Origin: Labilithrix sp.
GTDB taxonomy: Bacteria > Myxococcota_A > Polyangia > Polyangiales > Polyangiaceae
Assembly: GCA_046351255.1 (NCBI GenBank)
Contig: JAXLYU010000011.1
Span: 243,617 to 275,616, forward strand
DNA: 32,000 nt
Direction: 5' to 3'
Shown: one piece after another, positions 1 through 7,985 of the stretch
How the letters are laid out: every line of letters begins with the position of its first letter
Numbering within the stretch: the stretch's first letter is position 1
The notes under the pieces: generated by a model
Told to the model about the DNA's origin: nothing
The model's database searches: none
The model's input: the letters and a program-made list of their open reading frames with translations, nothing else
Translations under genes and position numbers: made by a program

Positions 1-361
1 TGCCCTGCGGACACGAGACGACGCACGCGTTGTGGAGCTCGCTCCACCGGTTGCCGGGCGGACACGTATGCGGGAGCGGCACGCAGGTGCCCGGCGGCTG
101 CCCAGGCGCCTGCATCTTGCCCGGCGGACACGCCGCGGTGCACCCCTTGGTCGCCGGATCCCAGCGGAGCGCACCCGGACAGACGCATCCGTTCTGCGCT
201 TCGTTCCAGACGAGGTCGCCGGGGCACGCGCGGTACACCGGCGCAGAGCTCGAGGCGGCGGGAGCGGACGCAGACGGCGCGGTGCCCTGGGCAAGCGCGA
301 GCGGTCCGGCCGCGATCACGGCCACGACGGCGCCTCCAGCAAGACCCACGATTCGTCGCAT
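1..361 (-). CDS. Secreted cysteine-rich repeat protein, N-terminal part (the 3' end runs off the window)
   Basis: Absent from the ORF track because it leaves the window. The minus-strand ATG at 359-361 translates by hand to MRRIVGLAGGAVVAVIAAGPLALAQGTAPSASAPAASSSAPVYRACPGDLVWNEAQNGCVCPGALRWDPATKGCTAACPPGKMQAPGQPPGTCVPLPHTCPPGNRWSELHNACVVSCPQG. This is a signal-peptide-like N-terminus followed by repeated C-P-x-G...W...C units, with G/C-rich third codon positions. Confidence 0.5.
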   Translation of the reverse strand, partial: MRRIVGLAGGAVVAVIAAGPLALAQGTAPSASAPAASSSAPVYRACPGDLVWNEAQNGCVCPGALRWDPATKGCTAACPPGKMQAPGQPPGTCVPLPHTCPPGNRWSELHNACVVSCPQG

Positions 362-606
362 GCGACGGCGCCACTATAGCGGCGGAGCTCGCGACGCGCG
401 ACGCGTGCATGATGCAAGCAACGCCTCTTCCGATGCGCGCTCACTCGCTGGCGTTGCTCGCAATCGTCGCGCCGACCAAAATCGTGCCAAGCGGTTGACG
501 GGGCACTCTGGCAGCTTAGGTTCTGTCTCTGCCTCGTAAGCGAAGTCGATCGCCAGGTCATGAGGGCCTGGTTCGACAGCGACCTCGCTCGTCAGGAGAC
601 GCCTAG

Positions 607-3006
607 ATGACTCAGCTACGTGACGGCGTACCCACGCCGCCTTCGCCCATTGCTGTCCTCCCTCTCCGGTCCGGCGCGCTGTTTCCTGGCGCGACCCTGA
701 CCTTCGCCGTCGGCCGTGCGCGCTCCGTCGCGCTCGTTCGCACGCTGTATCCCGGCGACGTCGTCGTCACGCTCACGCAGAAGGATCCTCGTCCGCAGGA
801 CCTCGACCGTGAGGATGTCTACGCGTCTGGCACCTACGCTCGCGTCAAGACGATCACCCGCAAGGGCGACCGTGAGTACGAGCTCTCGCTCGAAGGTCTC
901 GGCCGCGCTCAGCTGGAGAGCTTCGTCACGAGCGACCCGTTCTTCAAGGCCGAGGTGAAGCACCTCGAGGACACGAACCGCGACACGGTCGAGGCCAAGG
1001 AGCTCGCTCGTGCCCTCGCGGTCGAGGTGGAGAGGATGGTGAGCGACGCCGGCGGCGCGCTCGGAGAGGCGGGCGACTTCGACGGCATCGACGCTGGCGC
1101 CTTCGCCGACCGCATCATCTCGTTGCTCGATCTCCCGCTCGAGCAAGAGGTCGAGCTCCTCGGCGTCGCCGACGTCCCGACCCGCATTCGCCTCCTCGTG
1201 AAGCGCATCGGCGAGGGCAAGGCCAAGGCCGAGGTCCGCGCCAAGATCGAGGGCGAGGTCAAGAAGGAGCTCGGCAAGAACCAGCGCGAGCACGTGCTTC
1301 GCGAGCACATGCGTGCCATCAAGAAGGAGCTCGGCGACGAGGGCGACAACGACCTCGACCTCCTGAGGAAGCGCCTCGACGACGCCAACCTCCCCGAGGA
1401 CGCTCGCAAGGTCGCGGACCGCGAGCTCCGCCGCCTCGAGTCGATGGGCGGCTCCGGCGCCGAGGTCCACGTCATCCGCAACTACCTCGAGCTCATCGCG
1501 GATCTGCCTTGGGACAAGCGCTCGGGCTCCGAGATCGACCTCGACAAGATCCAGGCGCAGCTCGAGTCCGACCACTACGGCCTCGCCGACATCAAGAAGC
1601 GGATCCTCGAGCACGTCGCGGTGCTCAAGCTCTCGGGCAACACCAAGGGCACCCTGCTCTGCTTCGTCGGACCGCCCGGCGTCGGCAAGACGTCGCTCGG
1701 TCAGTCGATCGCCGACGCCACCGGCCGCCCTTTCATCCGCGTCGCCCTCGGCGGCGTGCGCGACGAGGCGGAGATCCGCGGCCACCGCCGGACCTACGTC
1801 GGCGCGCTCGCGGGCCGCATCATCCACGCGCTTCGCAAGGCGAAGGTGAAGAACCCGGTCGTCCTCCTCGACGAGGTCGACAAGATGGGCAACTCCTGGG
1901 CGGGCTCGCCCGAGGCGGCCCTCCTCGAGGTGCTCGACCCCGAGCAGAACAAGACCTTCACGGACCACTACCTCGAGCTGCCGTTCGACCTGTCGGAGGT
2001 GATGTTCGTGTGCACCGCGAACACGCTCGAGACCCTCAGCGCGCCGCTCCGTGACCGCCTCGAGATCGTGGAGCTCTCGGGCTACACGACCGACGAGAAG
2101 GTGCACATCGCCAAGAGGCACCTCATCGAGAAGCGCACGAAGGAGCACGGCATCGGTGAAGGCAAGCTCACCGTCACCGACGACGCGCTCGCCGCCATCG
2201 TCCGCGACTACACGCGAGAGGCCGGCGTTCGCCAGCTCGATCGCGAGATCAAGAAGCTCTGTCGTGCCGCAGCGCTCGAGGTGGCGCGAGGCAAGTCGGG
2301 CGATGCCGTGACCATCACCGAGGACGAGCTCGCCAAGCATCTCGGCAAGCCCAAGTTCGACGGCGAGGTCGCGGAGCGCACCTCCATCGCCGGGGTCGCC
2401 ACCGGCATGGCGTGGACCCCCTTCGGCGGCTCGATCCTCTTCATCGAGACCTCGAAGATGCCGGGCAAGGGCCACGTCGAGATCACCGGCCAGCTCGGTG
2501 ACGTGATGAAGGAGTCGGCGCGAGCCGCCCTCACCTATGTCCGGAGCAACGCCGAGAAGCTCGGCATCAAGCCCGAGGCCGTGCAACACACCGACGTACA
2601 CATCCACGTGCCCGCCGGAGCCGTCCCGAAGGACGGTCCCTCCGCCGGCGTCACGATCTTCACCGCCCTCGTCAGTCTCTTCACTGGCCGGCGCGTTCGC
2701 TCCGACACGGCGATGACCGGCGAGGCCACCCTCCGAGGTCGCGTGCTGCCCGTCGGCGGCATCAAGGCCAAGGTGCTCGCCGCGCACCGCGCGGGTCTGA
2801 AGCACATCGTTCTTCCCTCCAAGAATGGACGTGATCTGGACGACGTGCCGGAGAACGTCCGTGCGGAGCTGACGATCGACCTGGTCGACGACATGAGTCA
2901 GGTCATCGAGGCGGCGCTGGAGAAAGAGCCGGCGCCGCTGGAGAGCACGGTCGTCCTCACGCCTGGCAAGAAGCCAGGCGGCGCGGACACGGCCGCCACG
3001 GCCTGA
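607..3006 (+). CDS. lon: ATP-dependent Lon protease (LonA type)
   Basis: 799-aa ORF with an AGGAGA Shine-Dalgarno at 594-599, 7 nt before the ATG at 607. It has an N-terminal Lon substrate-binding region, an AAA+ Walker A (GPPGVGKTS) and Walker B (VVLLDEVDK), and the C-terminal Lon proteolytic Ser-Lys dyad contexts [10 protein letters not shown] and [14 protein letters not shown]. Confidence 0.97.
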   Translation: MTQLRDGVPTPPSPIAVLPLRSGALFPGATLTFAVGRARSVALVRTLYPGDVVVTLTQKDPRPQDLDREDVYASGTYARVKTITRKGDREYELSLEGLGRAQLESFVTSDPFFKAEVKHLEDTNRDTVEAKELARALAVEVERMVSDAGGALGEAGDFDGIDAGAFADRIISLLDLPLEQEVELLGVADVPTRIRLLVKRIGEGKAKAEVRAKIEGEVKKELGKNQREHVLREHMRAIKKELGDEGDNDLDLLRKRLDDANLPEDARKVADRELRRLESMGGSGAEVHVIRNYLELIADLPWDKRSGSEIDLDKIQAQLESDHYGLADIKKRILEHVAVLKLSGNTKGTLLCFVGPPGVGKTSLGQSIADATGRPFIRVALGGVRDEAEIRGHRRTYVGALAGRIIHALRKAKVKNPVVLLDEVDKMGNSWAGSPEAALLEVLDPEQNKTFTDHYLELPFDLSEVMFVCTANTLETLSAPLRDRLEIVELSGYTTDEKVHIAKRHLIEKRTKEHGIGEGKLTVTDDALAAIVRDYTREAGVRQLDREIKKLCRAAALEVARGKSGDAVTITEDELAKHLGKPKFDGEVAERTSIAGVATGMAWTPFGGSILFIETSKMPGKGHVEITGQLGDVMKESARAALTYVRSNAEKLGIKPEAVQHTDVHIHVPAGAVPKDGPSAGVTIFTALVSLFTGRRVRSDTAMTGEATLRGRVLPVGGIKAKVLAAHRAGLKHIVLPSKNGRDLDDVPENVRAELTIDLVDDMSQVIEAALEKEPAPLESTVVLTPGKKPGGADTAATA

Positions 3007-3029
3007 TCGCGACCGACAGACCGAGCTCC

Positions 3030-3076
3030 GAGCGCCGCGGCACCACCAAAACGGTGCCGCGGCGCTCGTGTTTCTG
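3030..3076. terminator. Bidirectional intrinsic terminator between the convergent lon and thiolase genes
   Basis: Perfect 15-bp inverted repeat GAGCGCCGCGGCACC (3030-3044) / GGTGCCGCGGCGCTC (3053-3067) with an 8-nt loop ACCAAAAC, followed on + by GTGTTTCTG. It lies in the 129-nt gap between two convergent stop codons. Confidence 0.6.
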
Positions 3077-3135
3077 CCCGTAGACTTCGCGCCGAGCCGC
3101 CGCTGCCGGTCGCGGTGGTCTCGTGGATCGAAGCG

Positions 3136-4347
3136 TCAGACGCGCTCGAGGATCGTGGCGATGGCCTGGCCGCCGCCGATGCACATCGTGACGAGCGCGG
3201 TCTCCTTGTTGGAGCGCTCGAGCTCGTCGAGGGCGGTGCCGAGGAGGATCGCGCCCGTCGCGCCGAGCGGGTGACCGAGGGCGATGGCGCCGCCGTTCAC
3301 GTTCACCTTCGCCTCCTCGATGCCGAGCTTCTGCACCGTCTGGATGACGACCGCGGCGAAGGCCTCGTTGATCTCCCAGAGGTCGATGTCGCTCGCCTTC
3401 ATGCCCGCCGCCTTGAGCGCCTTCTCGGCGGCCGGCGCGGGAGCGGTGAGCATGATGACGGGCTCGCTGCCGATGGTGGCGAGCGCGCGGATGCGGGCGC
3501 GCGGCTTCACCCCGTGCGTCTTCACGTAGTCCTCGGAGGCGATGACCGCCGCGCCGGCGCCGTCCGCGAGGCCGCTCGAGTTTCCGGCGGTGTGGAAGTG
3601 CTCGATGGCGGGCACGTTCGGGTAGGCGCGGAGCGCGATCGGGTCGAGCGCCTGGCCCATGCCCGCGAACGAGGGCGCGAGGCCGGCGAGCGTCTCCTGG
3701 CTCGTCCCGGGGCGCGGCGACTCGTCCCGCGCGAGGAGGACCTGGCCCGTCTTGCGGTCGACGACGGGGAGGATCGACCGATCGAAGCGGCCCTCCTCGA
3801 TCGCCTTCACCGCGTTCGCGTGAGACCGGACCGCGACGTCGTCGATGCGGGCGCGCGAGATCTTCTCCATCGTCGCGATGAGATCGGCGCTGATGCCCTG
3901 CGGGACCTGGAAGTACCGCTCGCGGAGGGCCTCGTGGTTGCCGTCGACGCCCCCGCCGTCCGAGCCCATCGGCACGCGGCTCATGCTCTCGACGCCGCCC
4001 GCGAGCGCGACCTGCATCGCGCCGGAGCCGACCGCCATGGCCGCGAAGTTGATGGCCTGGAGGCCCGAGCCGCAGAAGCGGTTGACGCTCGTACCGCTGA
4101 CCTCGATCGGGTAGCCGGCGGTGAGGATGGCGTTGCGCGCGACGTTGGCGCCCTGCTCGCCCGCCTGCGACACGCAGCCAACGATCACGTCATCCAGCTC
4201 CTCCGCGCGGAACGTGCCGCGCTTCTGCAAGCCGAGGAGCACCTGGGCGAAGAGCTCCTGCGGATGCACGCCCGAGAGCGCGCCCTTCCCGGCCTTGCCG
4301 CGACCACGAGGCGTACGAGCGGCGTCGATGACGAATGCCTTGTTCAT
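3136..4347 (-). CDS. Acetyl-CoA C-acetyltransferase (thiolase II family)
   Basis: 403-aa ORF with thiolase signatures: nucleophilic Cys context [24 protein letters not shown], and the C-terminal [20 protein letters not shown] lies 8 nt upstream of the ATG at 4347. Confidence 0.93.
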   Translation of the reverse strand: MNKAFVIDAARTPRGRGKAGKGALSGVHPQELFAQVLLGLQKRGTFRAEELDDVIVGCVSQAGEQGANVARNAILTAGYPIEVSGTSVNRFCGSGLQAINFAAMAVGSGAMQVALAGGVESMSRVPMGSDGGGVDGNHEALRERYFQVPQGISADLIATMEKISRARIDDVAVRSHANAVKAIEEGRFDRSILPVVDRKTGQVLLARDESPRPGTSQETLAGLAPSFAGMGQALDPIALRAYPNVPAIEHFHTAGNSSGLADGAGAAVIASEDYVKTHGVKPRARIRALATIGSEPVIMLTAPAPAAEKALKAAGMKASDIDLWEINEAFAAVVIQTVQKLGIEEAKVNVNGGAIALGHPLGATGAILLGTALDELERSNKETALVTMCIGGGQAIATILERV

Positions 4348-4380
4348 GAGCGTGTCTCCGGATGAAATATGACAATCATC

Positions 4381-4409
4381 ATATTATGGCCGAGGTGCCC
4401 CCGAGGCAA
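4381..4409 (-). promoter_or_regulatory. Candidate sigma70-type promoter for the thiolase gene
   Basis: Read on the minus strand: TTGCCT (complement of 4404-4409), a 17-nt spacer, then TAATAT (complement of 4381-4386). This sits in a conspicuously AT-rich patch. A 6-bp inverted repeat ATATGA (4367-4372) / TCATAT (4379-4384) overlaps the -10 and the predicted start region and could be an operator. Confidence 0.4.
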
Positions 4410-4424
4410 GGCGCGGGTCGCCGT

Positions 4425-4610
4425 TCAGTCCGAGAGTACCTGGTCGTGCTCGTAGCACCACGCCCAGTCCTCGCCGTTCTCGAGCGACGTGACGATGGGA
4501 TGATGCGTGCCACGGAAGTGCTTCGTCGCGTGCTTGTTCGGAGACGAGTCGCAGCACGCGATGTGACCGCACGTGAGGCACTCCCGAAGGTGGACCCACG
4601 TGCCGCCCAT
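4425..4610 (-). CDS. Small stand-alone UBP-type zinc-finger (zf-UBP) protein
   Basis: 61 aa: MGGTWVHLRECLTCGHIACCDSSPNKHATKHFRGTHHPIVTSLENGEDWAWCYEHD. The Cys/His spacing (C-x2-C-G-H, CC-D-S, H-x3-H, HH, W-C-Y-x-H) is characteristic of zf-UBP domains. Confidence 0.8.
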   Translation of the reverse strand: MGGTWVHLRECLTCGHIACCDSSPNKHATKHFRGTHHPIVTSLENGEDWAWCYEHDQVLSD

Positions 4611-4644
4611 GAGGAGGCAGTCCTCGCAACCCTTCCCGGGTCGG

Positions 4645-6486
4645 CTACGGCGAGAAGGCCTGATCGAACGAGAAGAAGACGCCGAACGGGCTCACCTTCG
4701 TCGGCAGGTCTGCGTCCTCGAACGGGCCACGCTGGATCGGAAACGCGACATCGACGCGGAACACGTTGCGGTTGATCTGCGGCAATAGCACGCGGACGCC
4801 CGTACCCACCGACTGCTTCGGCCGCAGGTTCTTCACGCCGTCCGCGGCGTCGCCAGAGTCGAAGAAGACGACGCCGCCGATCTGAGCCTTGAGGATCTCG
4901 ATCGCGCGCGATCGATATTCCATGTTCAGGAAGACGGTGTCCTTGCCCGAGAAGAACCCGGTCGGATAGCCGCGGAGGCGATCGTCGCCGCCGACCACCG
5001 CACGCGAGTTCAGGTAGTTCTTGTATCGATTCGACCACGACGTGTTCAGCACGAGACGGCCGACCTTGAAGCGTGGCGTGGCGACGCCGAAGGACGCGCT
5101 CACGGAGCCGTCCGTGATGTGGCCGTCCTGGTCCTCGGCGAACGTGGAGACCGATGCGCCCGCGAAGCCGTCCCCGAGGGGGACCGCGTAGCCCGCCTTC
5201 GCGGAGATGCCGAAGAGCGTGCGTGAGGAGCCGAGCTCCTCGAACACGGGATAGAACGAGGCCGAGACGTCGTGCCCCATGCGGAAGTCCTCTTGCAGTC
5301 CGAGGGTGTTCACGTCGAGGGTGCGGACGTAGTCGTTGCGGAACGTGCGCCAGCCGATCGCCGGATAGACGCGGTTCTCGCTCGTCGGGAGCACGATGCG
5401 CTTGAATGAAGCCTCCGCCCGCGGGTCCGTGCCGCGCGGGACCCCGAAGGGCGAGTAGTTCGCGGTCGCGGCGTTGGCGGAGAGCGTGAAGTTGTTCTTG
5501 AACGCCCAGCCGAACGACCGCGTCACCGACGCCGACGTCGAGAACGACTGCGACCGGTACTGCCAGGGGATGTTGTCGCGCTCGGGCGTGAGCCGCGAAT
5601 CGAACAGGAGCACCTGCGCGCTCGAGTACCGGCGTGCGACGCCCGACGAGTACCCGATGTCGGCGTCCCACGCCCACTCCGCGCGGGTCGAGTAGAGGGA
5701 CTTGCCGACGCTGAGCCCGATGCTCGCGCCCTCGGGCGAGCCGCTCCGGCGATTGAAGATGATGCCCGTGCTCGCGCCCGCGCCGACCCACGAGAATCCG
5801 AAGCGCGGCACCTTGTAGCCCATGCCGAACGCGAGCGTCTCCGGCTGGTACCGGAAGCTCGTCGATAGCGTGTGCTGGAGGCCGAGGAAGTTCGTCTCCT
5901 GCGGGGCGAGGATGAAGTCCTCGACGCCGTTCGCGGTGCCGACGACGTTGAACGAGAGGCGAAGGCTCCAGATGTCCTTCGTGAGCAGGAGGATGTCGAC
6001 CGTGTTCGGGTCCTCGGTCTGGACGGGCAGGATGACGACGAGCGAGACCTGAAAGGGCATGCGCGCGCGGATGTTGCGCGCCGTCTCGTCGATCCAGATC
6101 TGCTGATACGCGTCGCCCTCCTTGAGGAGCATCTCGCGACGGATGATGTATTCCCTCGTCGTGATGTGGAGCCAGTTGAGCATCGGCTTCGTCACGTACG
6201 TGCCGAGCGGCGACACGAGCGGGATCGGCTTGAGCAGCTCCGGTCCGGGGTCGCGCGGCTCGAGCACCTGGAGGCGAACGCTCGTGATCTTCCCGATCTT
6301 CTTGCCCTCCGGATGAGGGTCGATCTTCATCTCGAGCTGCTTCAGCGTGATCTCGGCCGCCTCCTTCTCGTAGGGCGAGTACTCGCTCGTGCGCGACGTC
6401 GGCCGCTCCGTGCCCTGCGCGTGTGCCGGCGCCGCCCAGGCCGTGGCGAGGACGAACGAAGAGACCGCCGCGAGGCCGAGACGCAT
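4645..6486 (-). CDS. Omp85/BamA-TamA family outer-membrane protein (surface antigen D15 type)
   Basis: The track ORF 4645-7392 is an over-extension. The internal ATG at 6486 yields MRLGLAAVSSFVLATAWAAPAHAQG, a cleavable signal peptide. This is followed by a POTRA-like region and a long alternating beta-strand domain rich in G/Y/F/N/S. The C-terminus (...VDVAFPIQRG...FGVFFSFDQAFSP) resembles bacterial surface-antigen barrels. About 613 aa. Confidence 0.78.
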   Translation of the reverse strand: MRLGLAAVSSFVLATAWAAPAHAQGTERPTSRTSEYSPYEKEAAEITLKQLEMKIDPHPEGKKIGKITSVRLQVLEPRDPGPELLKPIPLVSPLGTYVTKPMLNWLHITTREYIIRREMLLKEGDAYQQIWIDETARNIRARMPFQVSLVVILPVQTEDPNTVDILLLTKDIWSLRLSFNVVGTANGVEDFILAPQETNFLGLQHTLSTSFRYQPETLAFGMGYKVPRFGFSWVGAGASTGIIFNRRSGSPEGASIGLSVGKSLYSTRAEWAWDADIGYSSGVARRYSSAQVLLFDSRLTPERDNIPWQYRSQSFSTSASVTRSFGWAFKNNFTLSANAATANYSPFGVPRGTDPRAEASFKRIVLPTSENRVYPAIGWRTFRNDYVRTLDVNTLGLQEDFRMGHDVSASFYPVFEELGSSRTLFGISAKAGYAVPLGDGFAGASVSTFAEDQDGHITDGSVSASFGVATPRFKVGRLVLNTSWSNRYKNYLNSRAVVGGDDRLRGYPTGFFSGKDTVFLNMEYRSRAIEILKAQIGGVVFFDSGDAADGVKNLRPKQSVGTGVRVLLPQINRNVFRVDVAFPIQRGPFEDADLPTKVSPFGVFFSFDQAFSP

Positions 6487-6494
6487 GGGTCGCT

Positions 6495-7295
6495 TCAGCG
6501 GCCGGCCGTGATCGTGGCGATGACGCCGTAGTGGTCGCTCGGGAAGACGCCCTCGTGTGGCCGATTGAAGACGACCTGGCACTCGATCGGCTCGCCGCGC
6601 TGGGAGTCGTCGGGTCCGCGCACGAACACGTAGTCGATCCGGCGCTCGGGCTCGCGGAGCGGCTCCGCGAACGGGTTCGTCTTCGAGAACGTCGTCCCGG
6701 GTGTGCCGTCGCCCGCGAACTCGAACGAGTCGGCGTAGCACACGCACTCCCCGCCGAGGCCGGTGAGGCCACGCATGAAGCGGATCTCGTCCGCGTCGGG
6801 GCCCGCGTTGAAGTCGCCCACGACGACCGGCGGGAAGCCGGAGCCGAGCGGACAGAACGCCTCGATCGCGCCGGCGAGGGCGCGGACCTGGAGCTGCCGG
6901 ACGTGTCCGTGGTGGAGCTTCCAGTTGAGGTGCGTCGTGAAGAACGGCAGCGGCCCGAACGGGGCGTCGATGAGCGCGTAGAGGAGGATGCGCGACTCGT
7001 CCGTGCCGCCGTTCGGTAGCGCGACGCTCTCGGCCTTCACGATCGGCCATTTCGAGAGGATCGCGTTGCCGACCGGGTAGCCATGATTCGGCGACGACAT
7101 GGCCCACGCCACCTCGTAGCCGAGGCCGTCCGCGATCAGCCTGGCCTGATCGAAGCCCGGATAGCTCAGGACCTCCTGCAAGCCGATGACGTCGGGGTTC
7201 ACCGTCCTCATGCCCTCGCGAATCGCGACGAGGCGCTCCTCCCACGGGGCCGAGCGGTGCCAAATGTTGAGCGTTGCCGCCCGGAACGTCCGCAT
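6495..7295 (-). CDS. Endonuclease/exonuclease/phosphatase (EEP) family protein
   Basis: Starts at the ATG at 7295 (MRTFRAATLNIWH...). EEP motifs present: LNIW, VIGLQEV, GDFNAGPD, and the C-terminal PSDHYGV. The stop at 6495 lies only 8 nt upstream of the Omp85 start, so the two are probably co-transcribed. Confidence 0.85.
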   Translation of the reverse strand: MRTFRAATLNIWHRSAPWEERLVAIREGMRTVNPDVIGLQEVLSYPGFDQARLIADGLGYEVAWAMSSPNHGYPVGNAILSKWPIVKAESVALPNGGTDESRILLYALIDAPFGPLPFFTTHLNWKLHHGHVRQLQVRALAGAIEAFCPLGSGFPPVVVGDFNAGPDADEIRFMRGLTGLGGECVCYADSFEFAGDGTPGTTFSKTNPFAEPLREPERRIDYVFVRGPDDSQRGEPIECQVVFNRPHEGVFPSDHYGVIATITAGR

Positions 7296-7461
7296 CAGCC
7301 ACACAAGATACTGCGACGGCGGATCTCGGACACGCGAAGATTTCAGCGCTTTTCCACCTCCCACGAGATCGGCGCGGGCCGTGCTTTTTCAAGGCGAATC
7401 ATGGCCACGCGCGCGCCGCGCGTTCGCATTGAGCTCTTTTGCGGTCGCTCGAGCCGGCGAT

Positions 7462-7487
7462 CGTGATTGATCACGAATCGATCACGA
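7462..7487 (+). promoter_or_regulatory. Repeat cluster (candidate operator) upstream of the stand-alone globin
   Basis: GATCACGA occurs at 7469-7476 and again at 7480-7487, giving 11-bp phasing. CGTGAT (7462-7467) forms an inverted repeat with ATCACG (7470-7475). The site is about 43 nt upstream of the globin ATG, in the divergent EEP/globin intergenic region. Confidence 0.3.
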
Positions 7488-7529
7488 GCCGGTCCAGACT
7501 CGACGGGCGGATTACCGCATCTTCCTCGC

Positions 7530-7985
7530 ATGAGCCTCGACCCGACCCTCCTGCAAGAAAGTTTCGCCCTCGTCGCTGCCAAGGAGCTCGACCTCGCGTC
7601 GCGCTTCTACGAGATCCTCTTCGAGCGGTATCCGCAGACTCGCCCCATGTTCCGCCGCCGGCCCGAGGAGCAGGCGAAGATGCTCACGGCCGCGCTCGCC
7701 GCCGTCGTGGCGCACGTCGAGGACACGGCCTGGCTCGTGGCCACGCTGCCGCCGATGGGCGCCAAGCACGTCTCCTACGGCGTGACGAACGAGATGTACG
7801 ACTGGGTCGGCGAGTGCCTCATCGCCGCGCTCGAGGACGTGTGCGGGAAGGACTTCACGCCGGCCGTGAAGGCGACGTGGTTCGCCGCGTTCGGCGCGGT
7901 CGCTTCGCTCATGCAGAGCGGCGCCGCGAGCGTCACGCAGCCGAGCTCCGGCGCGGTCTCGCACCATCCAGCATCATCGACGTGA
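7530..7985 (+). CDS. Single-domain globin (3-on-3, flavohaemoglobin-like family)
   Basis: ATG at 7530 (MSLDPTLLQESFALV...). It aligns by eye with bacterial haemoglobin and flavohaemoglobin globin domains: Tyr-B10 context RFYEILFERYP, Gln-E7 context EEQAKML, and proximal His-F8 context MGAKHVSYGVTNEMYDWVGECLIAAL. Confidence 0.85.
   Translation: MSLDPTLLQESFALVAAKELDLASRFYEILFERYPQTRPMFRRRPEEQAKMLTAALAAVVAHVEDTAWLVATLPPMGAKHVSYGVTNEMYDWVGECLIAALEDVCGKDFTPAVKATWFAAFGAVASLMQSGAASVTQPSSGAVSHHPASST

Noticed and set aside
495-523. TTGACG with TAGGTT 16 nt downstream, and an overlapping TGGCAG motif, upstream of lon
   Set aside because: The -35 is good but the -10 is poor (3/6). The sigma54-like reading lacks the -12 TTGC. 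This is too weak to call a promoter.
616-2805. 729-aa ORF antisense to lon
   Set aside because: It exactly shadows the Lon CDS on the opposite strand. Its composition is Arg/Gly/Ala/Asp/Glu-rich and low in complexity, with no recognisable domain. This is a typical high-GC antisense open frame.
3115-4365. 416-aa + strand ORF over the thiolase gene
   Set aside because: It is an antisense shadow of a gene with unmistakable thiolase motifs, and its own sequence is R/A/G/D/E-rich nonsense.
4379-6772. 797-aa minus-strand ORF, and the 915-aa ORF 4645-7392
   Set aside because: The 797-aa ORF is an off-frame Arg/Pro/Ser-rich read-through of the zf-UBP and Omp85 region. The 915-aa ORF is real only from the internal ATG at 6486. 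Its N-terminal 302 residues are off-frame read-through of the EEP gene.
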